Assembly (NCBI RefSeq): GCF_964204645.1
Contig: NC_134034.1
Location: forward strand, 6,422,914 to 6,486,913
Direction of reading: 5' to 3'
Length of the DNA: 64,000 nucleotides
From: Tubulanus polymorphus
Lineage: Eukaryota > Animalia > Nemertea
Made by a program: the position numbers and the translations under genes. Position 1 is the stretch's first letter. The number at the start of each line of letters is the position of its first letter. Shown piece by piece: positions 25,878 through 37,270 of the stretch. The notes beneath the pieces were generated by a model that saw only the letters and a program-made list of their open reading frames with translations, made no database searches and was not told where the DNA came from.

Positions 25878-28406
25878 TCAAACAGCACGTGATATGGGTA
25901 CTGGTATCATCCTACCATCTGGGCACGCCAGGTATAGGTAGGTGTCAAAATTCGCGTTGATAATTTTCGAGACTCTAAAATATTGGATCCACGAAATTCT
26001 CGTGGACCTATTTAGTTTTATCGCACGAAGTGTATTTGATCTGGCGGTCAACAGGTGGTGTTCATGCCATTCGGTAATCAGATAAGCAAACCAATTCGAC
26101 TTGACCATGATTAAAATTCTTTTGGGGACCTCATTGATAAAGTAGGCGTGAGGGCAATCTGGCAACTCACGTATTACTATATTAATGCAGTCGTCCAGTG
26201 ATGATAAATTTAAAACTAATGAACACCCCCTGCGTTGATTCCGTAGCAAGGATCTCATACTACTTAAGGTGGATATAGCACATCGGATAAGAATGAACCC
26301 AATTAAAACCAGGAGGATTAAGTGCGTATTTGATTGTACCTGTTCAGAGAATTCGTTGAAAAATAAAAGTGGATTAACCGGATCGGACGAGTTCACTGAC
26401 GGAAGGCCAGCTCGTGATGGCGGTAAGAAATTAAATGATTCGTTCATGCTTATCCGGAAACCATGTGCAGTGGGCAAGGCGCTGGTAGCCACTGGAGTAA
26501 AAAGTGCAGTTCCTGCCCTTCTTGTCCAAAGCAAGTAACCGACACCAATGGTAGAAAGAATACTTAGGGAAAGTGACAGATAGCTAAGAAATTGGGATTG
26601 AGAGACACCAGGGATAAAGAAATCGGAGTTCGAGCTCAGCAGTGGGGCAGCCAGTGCATCCGCCTGGGTGGCGAAGAGTTCCACTTTCTTGTGCCCTCTT
26701 TCGGCAATCTTTTTGAAATCTGTCTGAAAGCCCCGGTCTGCGTGCTCTACGTTCTCCCATTTATCCCTGATGAGTTTGATTTCGGGGAGGACAACCTGGT
26801 GAATTTTCGAGGAGTGCGTAGCAGGGTCCAAAAGTTTCCTCTTCCAGTCGAGGGTCATATGATTAAAGAACGATAATATTACTGGAAGATTAACGGGGTG
26901 CGAGTATATCGGTGTAGTGGTGGAATTATGGCAACTACTTATTTTGGCGGGAATTTTGAATGTGGCCGATGTGATTCCGCAACCGCACGGTAACCGTATC
27001 AGACACATTGTGCAAGAAAGGATGGCTTGTGCAGGTTTACCAGGGCAGGCCATTGACCAAGAGGCCTCTCGTCCACTTACCAAGTATGACCCGGAACCGA
27101 GGTCGAGAGCCCCCTCAAACAAGCCTGACTCCTGGTACCTAATGTCACAAAATTTCATTACGTGTTTATGATTATTAAAGAATAGTCCACTGGCACACGA
27201 CGGCACGGCTCGTGAACGCAGTGATTGTGCAGTGGGGCAGACTTTAATTCCCTTTCCTTCACATTGTAAGAATTCTTTGGAATTAAATTCTGTATAAAAA
27301 TCACCGGAATGGGATACACCGATATAGTCAGGGAGGTTTTTAATGAACGTGCAATTGTGAGAGGACGCATTGACCGGCACGGGCATTGCAGAGATGGAAT
27401 ATACATTGAAAACGGTTCTGGTTTCCGATATCGGAAATTTTACATTAATGTATATTGCCTTGTCCGTCCTCGTATAGAGGACGTTTCGCACCTGATAGTA
27501 GTGACCTGGATTCGAATACGAAATCGTGAATCCAGGATAATGTATCGAAAGAAGATCTCGAATTGTGCCGATCGTTTTTGAAATTACGTGCGATGGTACC
27601 AGATTGATCGGTAGATACCCATCAATTAGGTTCTGCACGCCGGCCAGCCATTTGTGTGCCTCCATGGAATATTGTGCAGACACCTCTAGCACCGAGTAAA
27701 AATACTGGAAGAAATCACTCATGGCCAGTAGTGAAGCTTCCATGTCCGAGATCCGTACCCTGTTTTGTCCGGCGAATTTGGAGAGTTTGATTAGGTTACC
27801 CTGGATATTACTTATGAGAGCGTGATTGTTTCGCACACCCTCAACAATGTTATCCAGGCGGGATGATGTCACATTCATAAAGGAAGACATCTCCCGACCT
27901 TGACGAATGACTTCGTTTTTAACCAATTCAGATGCTTTTTCTAATCTGCCTATGTGGTTCCGGATCTCGCTCACTTCGCTTTCGGTGGCTGTACCAAACA
28001 AACTCTTCGACACGCTTCCAACAAAATTAAAAAGTCCACGTTTGGATCTGCCAGAAGAGGTTTGGTACATCCTAGCCGGCATGAGTGATTTTATTTCGTT
28101 TAAGGTCGTCTCAAAACTAGCCGCCGAGTTGTTTCTTTGCTTTGCTAAAGTTATTATTGCCTGCTGTAGGTGCTGGCATGCCCTGTCCGGATTAGAAGGA
28201 CAGTCAGGTGTTTTAAAATGCGGCAGCGGATACCGCAGCCAGGGAATAGAATATGTGTGGCTCCATACGGAGCCAGCATTGTCAACCTGTCCCTGTTCCG
28301 TAAACAGGACCCCATAGTCCTTTCTCAGGATTATCTTTTCAGCAGCCTTTTCCGTGCCAGCACCCACTAACAGGGTTAGAAAAAGTAAAGTAGTGATCGT
28401 AGACAT
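25878..28406 (-). CDS. env: Envelope glycoprotein, class I fusion (baculovirus F / errantivirus Env-like), 842 aa, intact
   Basis: Signal peptide, furin site RSKR followed by fusion peptide GLFNFVGSVSKSLFGTA, heptad region, Cys-rich region and TM helix. Confidence 0.9.
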   Translation of the reverse strand: MSTITTLLFLTLLVGAGTEKAAEKIILRKDYGVLFTEQGQVDNAGSVWSHTYSIPWLRYPLPHFKTPDCPSNPDRACQHLQQAIITLAKQRNNSAASFETTLNEIKSLMPARMYQTSSGRSKRGLFNFVGSVSKSLFGTATESEVSEIRNHIGRLEKASELVKNEVIRQGREMSSFMNVTSSRLDNIVEGVRNNHALISNIQGNLIKLSKFAGQNRVRISDMEASLLAMSDFFQYFYSVLEVSAQYSMEAHKWLAGVQNLIDGYLPINLVPSHVISKTIGTIRDLLSIHYPGFTISYSNPGHYYQVRNVLYTRTDKAIYINVKFPISETRTVFNVYSISAMPVPVNASSHNCTFIKNLPDYIGVSHSGDFYTEFNSKEFLQCEGKGIKVCPTAQSLRSRAVPSCASGLFFNNHKHVMKFCDIRYQESGLFEGALDLGSGSYLVSGREASWSMACPGKPAQAILSCTMCLIRLPCGCGITSATFKIPAKISSCHNSTTTPIYSHPVNLPVILSFFNHMTLDWKRKLLDPATHSSKIHQVVLPEIKLIRDKWENVEHADRGFQTDFKKIAERGHKKVELFATQADALAAPLLSSNSDFFIPGVSQSQFLSYLSLSLSILSTIGVGYLLWTRRAGTALFTPVATSALPTAHGFRISMNESFNFLPPSRAGLPSVNSSDPVNPLLFFNEFSEQVQSNTHLILLVLIGFILIRCAISTLSSMRSLLRNQRRGCSLVLNLSSLDDCINIVIRELPDCPHAYFINEVPKRILIMVKSNWFAYLITEWHEHHLLTARSNTLRAIKLNRSTRISWIQYFRVSKIINANFDTYLYLACPDGRMIPVPISRAV

Positions 28407-31400
28407 CTTCTGGAATGACAGAAAAAATGAAACCTGTAATAGAGAGAAATCGATCCAATTATTGATTTAGTGCTGGTTCTTCTCAAAATCATCGATGAGT
28501 CGTCGATCTAGGATATTGCTGGCTGGTTCCCATGAATGCGGGAAGTCGCCAGCCCATTTGACAAGGTATTGTCGAACGCCTTTACGTGTGCGTTTCTTGA
28601 GAATGCAATCTACGGGGAAAATATCATCATTTGGATCTGAAAAATTATTATCATTATTGTCCGTATTGTCGCTAACGGTTACAGGCAGCCCAATCGTACG
28701 GTCTCGAGTGTTGGTATACACCTTTAAACGATTAGCATGAACTGGAGCCCTTAATACTCTACCGGCAAGGGTCTTTAAAATATAGTTTACGGGTGAAACC
28801 TTTTTACTAATAATATAGGGACCGTGATAGGGATGAAGTAGTTTCTTAGTCAGGCCCTTAATGTTTTTAGAATTGTGAAGCTAAACGAAGTCACCCTCCG
28901 CGTATACCGGCTCTGTGACTTTAAAACGCTTATCGTGTTGTATTTTGGTTCTCTCTTGCGTTTGTTCCAAATTCTCTTTTGCCCATTTTCTGGCCTGAAT
29001 AAGTTTGGACGCGGTCTCTTTGACCCAGTCATGAGCTGTGTGAAACTCGTGCTCTGGTGGTAAAAGTGACGTGTCAGTAGGCATTCGGGCTTCACGGCCA
29101 TGCATAAGGTAAAATGGTGTATACCCGGTACTCTTTATGACTGACGTCCTGTAAGCAAAAAGTAATGGTTGGATGAAATCATCCCAATCAGTTTGGTGCG
29201 AATTACCGAACATACTTATTCCTTGTACTAGGGTCCCATTGTATTTCTCTGTGAGGCCATCAGTACAAGGGTGATAAGATGAAGTACGTGCTTGTTTCGT
29301 ACCACAAAGCATACATAATTCCTTTACTAATGCAGATAGAAAATTAGTGCCTCTGTCACTTAAAATAGTGCCAGCTGAACCATGCCTGCAAAATATTTCG
29401 TTAAACAGAAGTCGTGCTATGACTGGGGCCGTGATTGATTTAGTAGGAAATGCTTCAGCCCATCTAGTCAAGTAATCCGTGATGACAACTATGTATCGAT
29501 TTCCTCGTTTTGACGTGTGAATTGGACCAATACAATCTATCGCTATCCGATCGAATGGGGCCTCGACCGCTGGAATCGGTATCTGTGGCGCTACAACTTT
29601 ATGCTTGGGGACTTTCTTGGTGTTACATGGTACACACGATTTGACCCAATGTAAAATATCATCATACATTCCAGGCCAGTAGTACGTCGATCTTATCTTG
29701 TCATATGTCTTATCAAAACCGAAATGGCCACCTGTGACATCGTCATGATAGGCAGTCAGGATGTCTTCTCTGAGCGCAACAGGTAGATAGACTTGATAAC
29801 GAGGCGCATTCATTAAACCTTTCAACAGCCGCGTCTGTTTACGACATAACAAGCCATTTGGTCTGAGAGAGTAAAATTCTGACAGTAATACGACTTCTCG
29901 GGCTATCTCATCATCCACTGGTAGGTCGCGTTTGTCTAAGTAATTGATTAGGTCCAATGAATAAGGGTCATCACGTTGGGCTTGGCATATCAACGGTACA
30001 CTGTCACGTGGCGCGTCAGTCAATTCATTGTTGGGGACAATCGTTTCTGGATTTGGGTCCACTTCTAGGGAGTTTATGTATTGCCGTCTTGAGAGGGCGT
30101 CAGCGTTACTGTGAACTCGGCCTGCGCGGTGGACGATTTCCATGTCATATTCTTGGAGTGTCATTGCCCAGCGGCAAAGGCGTCCTTGGGGTTCTTTAAG
30201 TGACATGAGCCACCTAAGGGCGTTGTGGTCTGTGACCACACGGAATCGTCGACCATGCAGGTAAGGCTTACATTTCTTTATTCCCTCCATAATCGCAGCC
30301 ATCTCACGCTGTGTCGTATCCCAATTTCGCTCTCTAGGGAGGAAGTTGCGACCGCCATACGCTATGACTCGTTCCTCATTGTTGATGCGTTGGCAGAGAA
30401 CGATGCCGATAGCTGTCGCGCTGGCGTCAGTGTGAAGTTCGAAGGGTATGCTAAAATTCGGGAATGTCAAAAGCGGAGGGCTAGTAAGTGCAGATTTAAG
30501 GGACTCAAAAGCTCGTGAACACTCGTCTGTCCATTCGAATTTAGCGTTTTTTCTGGTCAAAGCATATAGAGGCGCGCAAATTTCGCTAAATCTTGGGATG
30601 AATTTCCTGAAGTATGTAGCCAGGCCTACAAATGATCTGAGATCTTTTAACGTTCTTGGAGTTGGATATTCCACAATTGCCTTACATTTCTCAGGATCGG
30701 GTTCGACTCCCTTGGCACTGAGAATATGCCCTAGGTATAGTATACTCTCCATGGCAAATCTGCATTTAGACGGTTTCAAGGTCAGTCCAGCCTCCCTTAG
30801 GCGTAGGAAAACTTGCTCCAAATGATTCAAATGCTCGTCAAATGAATTGGAAAACACTACGATATCATCGAGGTAAATTAGACATATTTTCCAGCTAAGA
30901 CCTCGTAGCACGTTTTCCATCAGTCGTTCAAAAGTGCTTGGCGCATTACATAAGCCGAAAGGTAAACGATTGAATTCAAATAGGCCACGACTACAGGTAA
31001 ATGCGGTAATTGGTTTCGAATGTTCATCAACCTCTAATTGCCAATAGCCAGAGCGCAAATCCAATGAAGTAAAATGCTTTGGTTGGGCACTGCCTAGACT
31101 ATCAATTATGTCGTCACAACGAGGCATCGGGAATGAATCCTTCCGAGTTACCTCGTTGACCTTTCGGTAGTCCACGCAGAACCGAGTCTGTCCATTTTTC
31201 TTTTTGACTAGCACGACCGGACTACTCCATGGTGAGTTCGATTCTCGGATAATGCCGGCACGTGCCATCTTGTCGACCTCTATCTCCTCTACTTGTCTCA
31301 TCTCTGGGGTCCTCCGATACGCGCGTTGTCTTATTGGTGGGTGTCCTTGAACATTTATAGTATGTTTAACTAAAGAGGTGTGGCCCAATTCATTATCATT

Positions 31401-31775
31401 GTTTGCAAAAACATCGCGATACTCCATTAGCAAATCTGACAATCTAAGTTTTTCCTGATTACTTAGTTTCGAGCCCGTCAGATCGACATCTGGGAAAAAT
31501 CCGGAAAATTGGGAGTAGATGTGATGATATTGCATACCCCGGATTTGGTTGACCTTTCGGTTTTGACGATATCGTTCGTTACATTGAACGGTACAGTGGA
31601 TAGATCACCTAGCGTGGTGTTTTTGTATAACCTAATGGCTTTGACTGTTGGATTGCATATGCGGAAAGGAACTGTCTGATCTTGTACTAAAGCAATTACT
31701 TTTGCCCCGACAAGATTCGTTTTATGCAGCCTGGTATTTGGCTCTATTAGACATTCGGTGCCGTTTTGTACGTTT

Positions 31776-32946
31776 TTTGACGCCTTATAAAACGTTACCA
31801 TTATGAAACCTAAACAATGCTAACCATTCAGCGTCATTTTACAAACGACAGCCGTAAATCGATGTGCAAAACGTCACAGGTTTATGTGTACACAAACAAG
31901 CTATCTGGCAAAATATTATTGACATAGATGTTGAATGGCTTCCTGTGATTATATAATGACCTATATTTGAACGTCGAAATGTTATATTGCATTGAATATC
32001 ATTAGAAGATGTATTGTAATAGTAAAGGATGTATGATTATATCAGAAGCGGCAGGCATAAATAGAAATGATAAGTAAATCGGATTATTCGGTTAAATGGC
32101 GGATGTATACACGATGCGGAAGTCTGATATAAAAGTCAGACCCTGACGTGGGCATGCCGGTGGAATGACGAAGCTATCTACGATGTGTGTAGGGCAAGCG
32201 TGAATTTCATCAGCGGCTACAAGCGGTCAATATGAAAATGTGTAAACATATAATTTCAATATTCAGACGTTTTAGAAAATATGTTTGATATTAGGAGTAT
32301 GCAAGTTTCGTGAGATTAGCATTTTATAATAGCATAGCTGTCATATACGGCTCCGTGTCCTCTGATGGCATGTGTATTAGGTGACAATTCAATTCAATTC
32401 TTTGTTGATCCTTATTACATTGAAATTCCGGGATAAAATTCCCAAATTCAATAAATACAAATTTTATAATAAATTAATACAACATACATGACACATGGGT
32501 AATTCATACAGAACAACATAAGCATGTTATTTTAAATGACAATGTCTACTTCAACCCACCCAGACTCAAGACTCTAGGATATCGAGTGACAGCCAAACCC
32601 GTGGCCCGGGCCGGCTGGCTAGGCCACACGATATGCTCAAAGTCATGATGAAGCAGACATCAGAAGAGCTCTTTCTTCATCCATGGAGGCAATGAAGTTG
32701 CAAACCAGCTTAGAGGCATAAGTAAATGAAGTCGGTCGCAAGTTCGCGATCTATTATTGAGAATTTTCAATAAAAAAATTTAAACCACTACTAGAGTCGA
32801 AGACCTGTATCATCTACCCAATCGCCTAATCTCATCATTCCCCAAATTTCTTAAAACTTCGATTTCAAATTTGCAATTCCACATTAGCTAAGCCCAGAAA
32901 TTCTACATTTTTTCCCCAGGCGTCAAATAATTTTCTAAAATTAATT
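31776..32946 (+). mobile_element. Non-autonomous Helentron/Helitron2-like (HINE) insertion in Gypsy pol
   Basis: Asymmetric IRs TTTGACGCCT (31776) and AGGCGTCAAA (32918), 3' hairpin TAATTTT-CT-AAAATTA, inserted in a T-run without TSD. Removal restores PAKVMNK(K)NVQNGTE. Confidence 0.65.
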
Positions 32947-33894
32947 TTCTTGTTCATCACTTTAGCTGGTATGATAACTTCGGTAAAAGGGGGAATAATT
33001 TCGCTTTCCTGAACACAGACTCGAGCGTCATGGACTAAATCGAACTGTTTTTGCAATGCTACAGGTTCGGTCCCTGGAAATTGCACAGTACCAGTTCCCA
33101 GATCTAATATTGCACCATGAGGTGTCAGAAAGTCCATACCTAATATAACATCGTAAGCCAAATCGGCTGCGACTTGAGCTTGTATTTCAAATTTTCCCTG
33201 ACCGATCTCAAGTAGAAAGGTTGTGGTTCCTAGCATTCTGATAGGAGAGCCATTGGCCGAATGTACATTAGTACTAAATCCACTACATAACTCCTTATCT
33301 TTGAAATAGACCAAATTTTTAAATATAGAATGACTGATAACCGTAATCTCACTGCCACTATCAACAAGGACCGTGACGGTGTTTCCGCCTATCTTCCCAT
33401 GAACGGAATTTGCCACCGAAGCCAGAATAGTTCGGGGAGTATCCCGTCCATGGATGACAGCCGATTCAAGTAAACTCTTCTTGACCCAGTTTACTAAGTT
33501 ATAAAAGTAATCGCGAGAAATGTCCCTAAGGCAATAAATGTAATTTATCAGGTGCCACATAATTGATAAGCAAATAAAAGGTGTAATATCTATGAAAATA
33601 TTGAACAGTCGTTTTCCCGACAACCAGAAGTGGGCCAAGGTATCAGCACATTTCGATATAATGGAATAAAGTAGGGTAGTGAAAAAGATTATGTATGTTA
33701 ACACTTCTGAGAACACATCATAAGCCGATCGAGACACAGTCCGGGTTACATTTGTGAAATGAGCGTATTGACCAACTCCCCGTGGCTGGATAATAGTTTC
33801 ATCTTGTAACCCAGTTGGTTGGTGAAGTTGATGTGATATTGTAGGTTCTGATATGGTATGTTGTTGTGTAGGATGCGTGGGGTTTGTAATGTTG

Positions 33895-33938
33895 AGCCCG
33901 CTTATACCCACCGTATGACGGGCTGAATCTAGTTTCCC
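33895..33938 (-). promoter_or_regulatory. -1 ribosomal frameshift signal G GGA AAC with downstream stem (gag to pol)
   Basis: ...CAG GGA AAC TAG ends Gag; the -1 frame is continuous with ORF 32865-33911; AGCCCG/CGGGCT stem ~7 nt downstream. Confidence 0.75.
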
Positions 33939-35219
33939 TGATTCGGAGGCCTCTGGGCGGAAGTACTATGGTTATAGTTTCCGTAATTACGCGGCGATGC
34001 ATGGCGGGATTGGTATTGGTTTGTGTGCCTTGTGTATGAGTTTGAGGGCGGCTGATGTGTTTTGATAATTGTTGTGATTGTTCCGTCGTCCACGAAAAGA
34101 TTGTCCGTCCCTGCAGTAGTGAGCTGTGTGGCCTAAACGCTTACACCGACCGCATATGGGTTCACCTGTCGTGCTACGTAAATTGCGTTGGGCACCCCCA
34201 TCTGTCGGCCTATTGTTCTGGGATTGAATCCTACGGACCTCAGCCCGAAGAGAAGATATTTCCTCTTTTAGGGACTTCAAAATTTCAGACTCTGGGCTGC
34301 TAATTGCATTGACAGTAGGCGGGGTTTCTAGTTGATTAATTATCTCCGCCGTGAGGGCGTGATTAACGGCTTCATCAATCGACTTGGGGTGTTGTATTAG
34401 CACGAATTTTCGAAGGTCCGATCTTAACCCTGCGAGAAATATCTGTAGCCTAGATGCGGGAGGGGTTCCTAATTTAGAAAATTTAGATGTCAGATCTTCC
34501 GTAAATGACCGTACGGGCTCATGAGGACCCTGTTTCCTACCTAGCAGGGCCTGCTCCTGAACCCAATACAGGTCCTTTGGATCTAACTTCGACTGGAGAC
34601 AATCCTTAATATGTGCATACGTAGGGGTCCCGGGGCCAGTATATTGCGATATTATATCATCAAAGTGGTCCCGCGCAATATCTGTTAGATATGCGGGCAA
34701 AGCAGACGCTCTAACCCCATCACTCCACCGATTAAGTGACGCTAACGCCTCAAAATCGCGAATAAATCTCGAAAAATCTCTCGAAGATTTTCCTGAAAAT
34801 TTCTCCAATTTAGGAGGATGGAAAAGTGGCTTCTCGAGCCTGTGAACTAAAAGATTTAGGTCGTCCTGATATTCTGCAGCCCTATCGGGGGTCACATGAC
34901 AATACGACGCGATAGGTGGGGGTGGTGGTGTAGGTGGGGTAGCCACAGAATATATCGGCGATTGCATGCCCGGCGTCGGTGCTACTCGAGGTGGCGCCAC
35001 CGCCGGTGGCTCAAATGCAGGCCGCAAATATGGAACATCAGCAGTCGACCGAGGGGTACTCGAGGCAAAAGTAACAGAAGTGACAGCGGGTGGATTAAAT
35101 GAATGTGACGTTACGTATTCTCTCTGAATACGGGGTGGCCTAACCGTAACTGTGTTAGAATCGTCCTCACTCCCAGTGTCGGACTGTGTTACAACCGTAT
35201 GAACCTCCATAGAAAACAA
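33929..35219 (-). pseudogene. gag: gag (capsid plus CCHC zinc knuckle); an apparent 1-nt frameshift near 34062 hides the true C-terminus ...RPPNQGN*
   Basis: PKLEKFSG, RKQGPHEPVRSF and CGRCKRLGHTAHYC motifs. Confidence 0.9.
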
Positions 35220-35358
35220 TTAAAATGCTACACATTAATCGAAAATAGTAATTCAAGTAGGGACTCGCTTGGTACAGCAAGAAAATACGCTGAAAATGAA
35301 AGGTCGAATTAGTATAAAGAAAAAAAAATAATTAGTAGCGTACTCACCAAGACCGTGG

Positions 35359-35368
35359 TTCTCCACCA
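35359..35368 (-). promoter_or_regulatory. Primer-binding site TGGTGGAGAA (complementary to the 3' end of tRNA-Ala)
   Basis: 2 nt after the 5' LTR; eukaryotic tRNA-Ala(AGC) ends ...TTCTCCACCA. Confidence 0.75.
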
Positions 35369-35370
35369 GT

Positions 35371-35713
35371 TGATATAGAGGTCCTAGCTCAGAAGTAAGA
35401 ACTACGGTTAATAGTTGGAAAATGTAATTTTATTGTAGTACTCAAAGCGAGAGCTGAGTGTAAGTGACCACGAGTCAGAGAAAAAAGAGAGAGAGCGACG
35501 TGTGTCTCTGGGTTTTATACCCATGAGGACCACGTCATCAGGAGTGTTAAAACAATAGCCAGTAGGCTAGACATATTATCATTATTATCAGTACTGACCA
35601 TATGACCAGCACACAGGACTTTGATTGATCAGGTCATGTGTCCTGAGCACTCGTCTTACGGAACAGTACTGCCTGTAAATTACATGTATTATTAACATAC
35701 ATTCTATATATCA
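35371..35713 (-). repeat. 5' LTR (343 bp) with TATAAAA box (35513-35519) and CRE-like TGACGT
   Basis: Direct repeat of 23881-24223. Confidence 0.97.
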
Positions 35714-36294
35714 GTTTCATAAGCAGTAAAATATTTCCACATTCTAGTTTTCAATGTTTTATTAAATCTTTCTATAATAGATGCTTTTTTATCTGAATGT
35801 GTTGAAAAATAATCTACATCGTTATCAGATAATAGTTTTTTAAAATGTTTGTTATAAAATTCCTTACCTTCATCAAATTGTATCTTTTCTGGAATAGCTT
35901 CTTTAAATATAGATTTAAAAGCATTTGTCACTTCTATTCCAGTTTTATTTTTGATTGGAATTGACCATGCGTATCTACTGAATATGTCTATAACATTTAA
36001 TATCCAGAAATATCCTTTGTTGTATTCTTCTAAGTTCTTCATGTCAATTAAATCTGCTTGCCATTGTTGATCGATATATGAAACCATAACCTTTCTTGTT
36101 AAATAAGCTTTATCCATTTTCTTGTGGATTTGATATGTTGGTTGATTTTGTAACCATGAGTTTAATTCACTATATTTTATATCACCATTTTCATTATCAG
36201 ATTTAATTTTATTCCATAATTCTGAAACGTTAGAATATGATACTTCACTTTCTGGGTTATAATATAAATCTCTTAAATATTGTTCTTTTTTCAT
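35714..36294 (-). pseudogene. Polinton A retroviral-type (rve) integrase, 5' part with DDE triad
   Basis: WQADLIDM, IQFDEGKEF and IERFNKTLK motifs. Confidence 0.93.
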
Positions 36295-36300
36295 CTTATT

Positions 36301-36669
36301 TTAATCCATTAATAATAATTTAGACTTAATTTCAATGGCTTTATGATTTGACTTATTTTCTGGTATAATATGTTTATTGTCATTGGAATCATCTTTATCA
36401 TCAGATTTGAATTTTGATTTATATATTACACCAGATAATATAATAACTGTTACTAATCCAATTGTAATATATAATTTATAATTACTTCCAGCATTAGAAG
36501 AATTAGATGGATTATTATTTGAATCAATATCAGATAAAGTCTGTGATTCATTTATATCAGTTAATTTCTTTTTCTTAGCTTTTTTTAATTCTGCAGATCT
36601 TTTACCCAATTCTCTTGCCCATATAATTTGTTTTTCAGATCTAGGCTTTTTCTTAACTCCATCACTCAT
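36301..36669 (-). CDS. 122-aa basic, single-TM protein
   Basis: Lys-rich N-terminus and LYITIGLVTVIILSGVIY helix; homologue in B. Confidence 0.7.
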   Translation of the reverse strand: MSDGVKKKPRSEKQIIWARELGKRSAELKKAKKKKLTDINESQTLSDIDSNNNPSNSSNAGSNYKLYITIGLVTVIILSGVIYKSKFKSDDKDDSNDNKHIIPENKSNHKAIEIKSKLLLMD

Positions 36670-37270
36670 TTATTTTAGTTAATTTTTGTTCTGATTCATT
36701 TTCTGTTTCGACGTTTGGTTGTAGTACAGCGTCATCTGTTTCGTTCTTACCTGATTTATATTCCATAGGTTTGATGTTCGAAAATGTTATGACGCCAGTA
36801 GAAATTAATGTCATAACCGATCCTAATTGAAATGAAGCATATCCAACCCATTTTTGTAATTCAGTCATAACTAAGTAGTCATTTTTCAAATCACTATATA
36901 ATTTATTTTCATCATTAATTGGTATTAACTGGTTACATGATTTTGAATAACATTTGACAATACCATCTGAAATATAATCATTTATTCTAGCTAATCTAGC
37001 TTCTTCATAAATCTTAAAATATTTTATTACTTTATCTGGTTTCATAGCATCTAATTCTTGAAAAGTAATAATTCTATTTAAAAACTCTTTAGTTTTTCCA
37101 CCGGCAATCAATAGTTCTAGATGATGCTTACAATATAAATAGTATTCATAATCTATATTACAATTAACTTGAGCACAATTAGTTACAACTGTATCTTTAT
37201 TATCACTTATACCCAAATCATCTAATGTTTTTTCAATATCAATACTATTCTTATTAGATTTCTTTGACAT
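36662..37270 (-). CDS. 202-aa hypothetical protein with hydrophobic C-terminal helix
   Basis: ATAAATG start; conserved in B 41044-41646. Confidence 0.75.
   Translation of the reverse strand: MSKKSNKNSIDIEKTLDDLGISDNKDTVVTNCAQVNCNIDYEYYLYCKHHLELLIAGGKTKEFLNRIITFQELDAMKPDKVIKYFKIYEEARLARINDYISDGIVKCYSKSCNQLIPINDENKLYSDLKNDYLVMTELQKWVGYASFQLGSVMTLISTGVITFSNIKPMEYKSGKNETDDAVLQPNVETENESEQKLTKINE

Larger units (their letters stand above)
28467..33938 (-). pseudogene. pol: pol: transframe region, aspartic protease, RT, RNase H, integrase, GPY/F and chromodomain; interrupted by a 1.17-kb insertion, a 1-nt frameshift (~31500) and an in-frame TAG (28881-28883)
   Basis: VLVDSGS; LPFGL/YLDD; TDAS/VTDH; HHCC plus D,D,E; PYHGPY (read through the TAG in the same frame); YLVKWAG..SWEP chromodomain at 28467-28630. 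Confidence 0.95.
23881..35713 (-). mobile_element. Ty3/Gypsy LTR retrotransposon / endogenous retrovirus-like element (gag, pol with chromodomain, env), 11.8 kb
   Basis: 343-bp LTRs with TG...CA ends, 4-bp TSD GTTT (23877-23880 / 35714-35717), PBS, PPT and PR-RT-RH-IN domain order. Confidence 0.97.

Noticed and set aside
28881-28883. Programmed readthrough of TAG before the chromodomain
   Set aside because: It lies in the conserved GDxV(W/L)L position of the integrase C-terminus, so a point nonsense mutation is simpler; it cannot be fully excluded without sibling copies.
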